IMG/VR virus record: IMGVR_UViG_3300010354_000064
Location: 11,551-75,550 of that record
Reading direction: 5' to 3' (one strand)
Source of the DNA: a virus
DNA length: 64,000 nt
Shown: one piece after another, positions 59,670 through 64,000 of the stretch
Numbering within the stretch: position 1 is the first letter of the stretch
Layout: every line of letters begins with the position of its first letter
Position numbers and translations under genes: made by a program
The notes under the pieces: generated by a model
Seen by the model: only the letters and a program-made list of their open reading frames with translations
Databases searched by the model: none
What the model was told of the DNA's origin: nothing

Positions 59670-59875
59670 GCTCACTCGAACCCGCTGCTCTTGCCGTACA
59701 CGCTCTACAGCTTGCTGCTGCTCTCACACCACACGTTGCCGATGCTGCACTCGTCGTACTCTCACGACTCGTACTTGCTGAACTCGAACCTGATGCTGTT
59801 GCACTCGAACTACTTGCTGTTGTCGTACTTGCTGTCGCTGAACCTGAACTCGAAGCTGCTGAAGACGTTGAAATC
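59670..59875. repeat. degenerate 3-periodic tract
   Basis: ~65 consecutive triplets almost all of type NAC/NTG/NCG. Confidence 0.75.
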
Positions 59876-60252
59876 AGAGGGGAGACAGAGGTGATGGTGC
59901 TCAAGTTTCCCTAGACTGTCAGTTCAGAGAGATACTCTGAACTGTGGTGAGAACCTATCGGTCTGGTCTTCACCTGCTAGGTACTTCGGAAGGAAGGCTA
60001 GGGGTTCCGTCCTAGTTCTTCCTGCTCACCTACCGAGAGAGTACCTCTCGGACGCCGTTGGAAGCTCCCTTGCGGGCATCCAGCTTCCACCTGAGCAACG
60101 AGCTTTTGTCGGACCTCCGTGTTACGGGAGCGTCGTCTGAGGAGCCTGACAACCTCAGCCTGGATGAGGGCTGGGAGGGTCTAGCAGAGGGCTTCGAGGG
60201 CGTGCAACAGAAATCTGTTGCGCCTCCTGAAAGCCTGCGGGAGAAGGGTCGG

Positions 60253-60561
60253 ATGACGCCCACGACGATTCTGACGCTGGCTGACCTGTCGGAAGCACCG
60301 AAGGTGAAGCTCGCGCTTCCCGTGCTTCGTTCGGGTGACCGGGTGAAGCTCGCCTTCCGGCTGCGCCGTCAGAACGCTGGCCGCTCGGAAGTCCTCGACG
60401 TGAACGGCGAGTTCCGAGTGGCTTCGGTGAGCCTGTCGGTGGAACACCAGTTCGTCTCGGTTGAGTCTGTCGGGAAAGCGCCCGCTTGGCGGGCCGTCAG
60501 GAAAGACACAAGCTGGAAGCGCCCGCTGCCTCCGGCGCGCTTTCCTCCGACCCTCCTGTGA
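60253..60561 (+). CDS. hypothetical protein
   Basis: ORF with purine-rich SD region. Confidence 0.55.
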   Translation: MTPTTILTLADLSEAPKVKLALPVLRSGDRVKLAFRLRRQNAGRSEVLDVNGEFRVASVSLSVEHQFVSVESVGKAPAWRAVRKDTSWKRPLPPARFPPTLL

Positions 60562-60568
60562 GCCCCGC

Positions 60569-60850
60569 ATGAACCTCGACTCCCTCCCGACGGCTATCTG
60601 CGTCCCTGCTGGCCCCGAGAAGCACTTTCACCTCTACCGGGGTTCCCCGACCGAGATGGTGGCCGTGATGGCCGAGGAGATGGGCTCGAAGTCCATCGAG
60701 AAGACCGTCCGCGACATCCTGCTCGCCATCGCGCTGCACCGACGCATCGTCATCCGGCTCCCCGATGGGCTCGACGAGGAGACGCTCTCGGCTGTCTTCG
60801 TCTGCGCGCTCCTCGACACGAAGATTGCCCGCCCCGTACCCCTGGCTTGA
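60569..60850 (+). CDS. hypothetical protein
   Basis: Follows the previous gene by 7 nt; phage-like codon bias. Confidence 0.65.
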   Translation: MNLDSLPTAICVPAGPEKHFHLYRGSPTEMVAVMAEEMGSKSIEKTVRDILLAIALHRRIVIRLPDGLDEETLSAVFVCALLDTKIARPVPLA

Positions 60851-60932
60851 CCGTGGCGGGCCTTCGAGGCTCTCGGGCGGGCATCGGGAGCCCCCGGCGC
60901 GCTCGGCGCGTCCAGGGGCCGCCCTGGAGCCC

Positions 60933-61157
60933 TCAGAAGGGGATGTCTTCCTCGCCCACGTCCACGCGGACGGGTTCCGGCTCGGGGCTACGCTTGAGGG
61001 CGCACGCCCCGCAGAGGAAGCCGACGACCTCGCTCTCCCAGGGCTCCCACGGGGCAGTCTGGTAGCCCTCGATGATGGGCTCGCCGCCGCCCTCGGGGAT
61101 GAGGGCTCCGCACTTGTCGCAGGTTTCGCAGTCGTCGTGGCAGAAGGTGGGCTCCAT
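60933..61157 (-). CDS. small Cys-rich acidic protein
   Basis: ATG 8 nt after class I motif at 61166-61192; CDKC..CGAC; ends EEDIPF. Confidence 0.65.
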   Translation of the reverse strand: MEPTFCHDDCETCDKCGALIPEGGGEPIIEGYQTAPWEPWESEVVGFLCGACALKRSPEPEPVRVDVGEEDIPF

Positions 61158-61217
61158 GCTCACGCTACGTGGCGAGCCGACCCCGTACCAACGCGAACGG
61201 ACGATTTTCTACCGGCC

Positions 61218-61406
61218 CTAGAAGGTCAGACCACGACGCGCGCGGCTCTTGACCTGCTGCACCTCGCCTTGGAGGTCGCGGAGGAGCCGGAGCATATCCT
61301 GCTGCGCGTCCAAGGGGAGCTTCGCAAGCTCCCGTTCGAGGGCCGGGTAGGCGCGGCCCGTGGTCTGACGAAGGGTGGGGACGATGTGGCGGGTGAGGTC
61401 GCTCAT
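61218..61406 (-). CDS. small hypothetical protein
   Basis: ATG 8 nt after class I motif at 61415-61441. Confidence 0.65.
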   Translation of the reverse strand: MSDLTRHIVPTLRQTTGRAYPALERELAKLPLDAQQDMLRLLRDLQGEVQQVKSRARRGLTF

Positions 61407-61482
61407 GCTCGCTCTACGAGTTGAGCGGGGTCGGAACCAACGCGCCTTACGTTCCAAGGGGGTGCCGGTGTATAGGGGCTGC

Positions 61483-62100
61483 ATGACCGGCATCCTCACC
61501 GACTACCGCATCCGAACGGCCGTCAACGCGGGGGACATCGTGATTGACCCCTTCCGGCCCGAGCACGTCAACCCGACGAGCTACGACCTCACCCTCGGCG
61601 ACGGCGTGACCGTCTACACGAACTGGGTCGGCTACAACACCGAAGGGCCGCCCTCCGGTGGTCGGCCGCGCGACGGCTCGGACTTCTTCCCGCTCGACAC
61701 CGTGCTCGACGTGCGGCGCGAGCCCGAGACGGTGAGCTTCCAAATCGACCCGAAGGCCGGATGGCTACTGAAGCCCGGCATCGGCTACCTCATGCACACG
61801 GTCGAGCGCGTCTCGACGAAGGTCTACGTTCCCATCCTCGACGGCAAGTCGAGCATCGGGCGGCTCTTCCTCCAGGTCCACGCGACGGCAGGCTACGGCG
61901 ACCCTGGCTTCGACGGGCAGTTCACCCTGGAGGTCATCGTCCAGCACCCCATCCGGGTCTACCCCGGCATGAGGATTTGCCAGATTCGCTTCCAGGACAT
62001 GAACGGCTGGGTCGAGCGCACCTATGACAAGACCGGCCACTACACCGGGGAAGCGGCCCAAGGGGCCGTTCCCTCGCAGGCGTGGCGGCAGTTTCTTTGA
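61483..62100 (+). CDS. dcd: dCTP deaminase
   Basis: NP.SYDLTLG, DGKSSIGRL, TAGYGDPGFDGQFTLE, GMRICQI. Confidence 0.92.
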   Translation: MTGILTDYRIRTAVNAGDIVIDPFRPEHVNPTSYDLTLGDGVTVYTNWVGYNTEGPPSGGRPRDGSDFFPLDTVLDVRREPETVSFQIDPKAGWLLKPGIGYLMHTVERVSTKVYVPILDGKSSIGRLFLQVHATAGYGDPGFDGQFTLEVIVQHPIRVYPGMRICQIRFQDMNGWVERTYDKTGHYTGEAAQGAVPSQAWRQFL

Positions 62101-62115
62101 TAGCCTCGGTGCAGT

Positions 62116-62358
62116 ATGGACCCGCGATGGAAAACGGCAGCCTCGACCACCAAGACCGTTGAGATCGAGGCTACTATCCGCGTGCTCTACCCCGTGCAGG
62201 TGACCCTCGATGAAGAGGGTCGCGTCGTGGGCTACCTCTCGCCGACGGTGGACGAGATTCGCGCGAAGGTGGGTCGGCGGGAGGCTCGCATCCTAAGCGG
62301 GCTGCAAGACCCCGCGACGGGGCATCAGTTCAACGTCAAGAACCTGCCCTCGAAGTAG
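62116..62358 (+). CDS. hypothetical protein
   Basis: 80-aa ORF. Confidence 0.55.
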   Translation: MDPRWKTAASTTKTVEIEATIRVLYPVQVTLDEEGRVVGYLSPTVDEIRAKVGRREARILSGLQDPATGHQFNVKNLPSK

Positions 62359-62361
62359 GCG

Positions 62362-62718
62362 TCAGCCAAGGTAGGCGACGACCTCTACGCGGTCGCCGTC
62401 GAGCTTCGTGAACTGAAACGCCATCGCGGTGTTGGCGACCTCGACGGGCGAGAAGGCGTCGGTCGGGTTGCTCTGGCTGACCCAGAGCATCAGGTGGCCG
62501 GACTTGACGGCCGCGTCACGGCCGTCGAGCATCTCGGTGAACTCGTAACCGTGCTTCTCCAGCACGTTCCCGGCTGCCGAGTGCGCGTGGCCCACGCTGC
62601 GGAAGCGTCCGTTGCCGTCGAGCCCGACCTTCCGAAGGTCGGCGTTGATGGCCCGGATGGTCTTCGTGTCCATCTTGGCGGACGCGGCGGTGCGGGTGCG
62701 GCGGTCGTAGCTGTACAT
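62362..62718 (-). CDS. hypothetical protein with MYSYDRR N-terminus
   Basis: SD AAGGA; N-terminus identical to the 5623..5943 product. Confidence 0.75.
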   Translation of the reverse strand: MYSYDRRTRTAASAKMDTKTIRAINADLRKVGLDGNGRFRSVGHAHSAAGNVLEKHGYEFTEMLDGRDAAVKSGHLMLWVSQSNPTDAFSPVEVANTAMAFQFTKLDGDRVEVVAYLG

Positions 62719-62734
62719 GGGGGTCGTCCTTGGG

Positions 62735-63595
62735 TCAGCCGTCGAAGCCCATCTCGAATGGCACCTGGAGGATCATCACCGCGAAGTGTTCTCCGGGGAA
62801 CTTCGCCCAACGCCATGTCGAGCGTTTCGGCAAGGTCATGAGAAAGCCATTGTTCGAGACGGCCTTCGCGGCGTCGGTGAGGATTTTGCGTGCCTTGGCC
62901 GAAGCAATATTGCTCTCTGGGAGATCCTTCACCCCAATGCTACCGTAGATGAGGGGCTTACCACCGCGTGTAGAGTGAGAGTCAACGCTAATTTTGCCGT
63001 ACGTCAAGGCCCAACCATGCTTCGCGAGCTTAGGCTCGACCATCGAGGTCACTCGGTCGAGGACGGACTCAAGCTCCTTGAACATGGTGTCCTGCGCGAG
63101 CTTCGAGCTTGTCGCGGCCTCGAACGCCAAGAGGGCAACTTTGGAGGCCCCCTTCAAGGCCGTGATGACCTTGTTCGCGTCACCCTTCACGTCGAGCCTA
63201 TCGAAAACGTCCGAGGCCATCTTGGCCGGAACCGACGACGTGTTGATGTAGACCCACGGGTCGATGTCGGCGACGCCTTTCGCATCGACCTCGACGCGGA
63301 GCTTGAAGTAGGAGGTGTCTTCGGCCCAGACCTCGCCGACGTACCCTTGCGAGCCGCCGTCCTGGTAGAAGTCGCTGCTCTTGACACGCCAACCCGAGCC
63401 GAGTTCGCTCGCGATGTCATGGATGGCCTCCTCGGCGGCCTCCAACACGGGCGGTTGGTCGCCACCCGCGACGCGGGTGCTCAGGGCGGCGAGCTTCGCA
63501 GCAAGCTCGTGACGGGAGGGGTTCGGGCCAGAAGCCTCGGCAAGAAGCCCCTTGAGAGCCGCCGTAAGCTCGTGCGTGTTCGCGATGCGCTTCAT
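62735..63595 (-). CDS. hypothetical probable virion protein
   Basis: 286 aa after class III motif. Confidence 0.7.
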   Translation of the reverse strand: MKRIANTHELTAALKGLLAEASGPNPSRHELAAKLAALSTRVAGGDQPPVLEAAEEAIHDIASELGSGWRVKSSDFYQDGGSQGYVGEVWAEDTSYFKLRVEVDAKGVADIDPWVYINTSSVPAKMASDVFDRLDVKGDANKVITALKGASKVALLAFEAATSSKLAQDTMFKELESVLDRVTSMVEPKLAKHGWALTYGKISVDSHSTRGGKPLIYGSIGVKDLPESNIASAKARKILTDAAKAVSNNGFLMTLPKRSTWRWAKFPGEHFAVMILQVPFEMGFDG

Positions 63596-63620
63596 GCTCG
63601 TGGTAGCCTTACAAGTAGAT

Positions 63621-63821
63621 TCAGCCGTTGAGGTAGTGGAGCCCGAGAAGAATGGCGTCCACGAGGAGGCCCCCGAAGAAGAGCCCGACCCCGAAGCCGT
63701 CCTGCCAGACTTCCATCTCGGTCGGCGCGGCGGGCTTCTCTGCGACCTCGCCGATGCGGCGGTTCTTCGGAAGACGGTCGATACGAGCGAGGGTGGCCGG
63801 AGCGATGTAGGCGTTCGTCAT
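63621..63821 (-). CDS. small protein with C-terminal hydrophobic segment
   Basis: ATG 8 nt after class I motif at 63830-63856. Confidence 0.65.
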   Translation of the reverse strand: MTNAYIAPATLARIDRLPKNRRIGEVAEKPAAPTEMEVWQDGFGVGLFFGGLLVDAILLGLHYLNG

Positions 63822-63851
63822 ACCTCCTCTACGAGGTGAGCCGCCCAGCTA

Positions 63852-64000
63852 TCAACGGCCGAAATCGATTTGCCAACGGCCGACCCGGATGGTCGCCATG
63901 TAGAGGCGGAGGGCCTCCTCGGCGAGTTCGGGCGACCAGGGCACGTCGGCCTCGGCGAGCGTGCTCTCGCGCGCCGAGAGGCGGTTGTAGTGCCCGGTGG
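63852..64000 (-). CDS. partial hypothetical protein (3' end only)
   Basis: Open frame ...TGHYNRLSARESTLAEADVPWSPELAEEALRLYMATIRVGRWQIDFGR* entering from the window edge. Confidence 0.55.
   Translation of the reverse strand, partial: TGHYNRLSARESTLAEADVPWSPELAEEALRLYMATIRVGRWQIDFGR

Noticed and set aside
59670-59875. TGA recoding to open the V/Q/R frame
   Set aside because: TGA ends many confident genes here (capsid, protease, dcd), so genome-wide recoding is not supported.

Overview
This window is a GC-rich segment of a large tailed dsDNA phage (Caudoviricetes), mostly coded on the minus strand in standard code (TAA, TAG and TGA all act as stops). 0.2-22.5 kb is a lysis and head-morphogenesis module: GH24 lysozyme, HK97-type major capsid protein, decoration protein, Gln-rich scaffold, prohead protease, portal, terminase and many unknown probable virion proteins. 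24-48.5 kb is a host-like replication and recombination module: NusG-5'-3' exonuclease fusion, DnaX/HolA/HolB/DnaN-like clamp system, primase, split SbcC plus SbcD, RecA, RuvC, SSB candidate, RecD2, NAD ligase and class II RNR. 48.5-64 kb is an accessory and regulatory region: GroEL, tRNA-Gln, sigma-like factors, dCTP deaminase and many small genes. The main unannotated signals are: (1) a ~510-nt, almost fully base-paired non-coding RNA candidate (50386-50902, minus strand) with its own promoter and competing long-range helices; (2) three classes of promoter-like motif, two at fixed distances from ATG (suggesting leaderless mRNAs), alongside three sigma-like proteins; (3) short peptide tags (MYSYDRR, RVxxR[YF]L) shared by unrelated probable virion proteins; (4) a 3-periodic, palindrome-flanked tract at ~59.6-60.0 kb. 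All product calls come from motifs read by eye; no database search was run.
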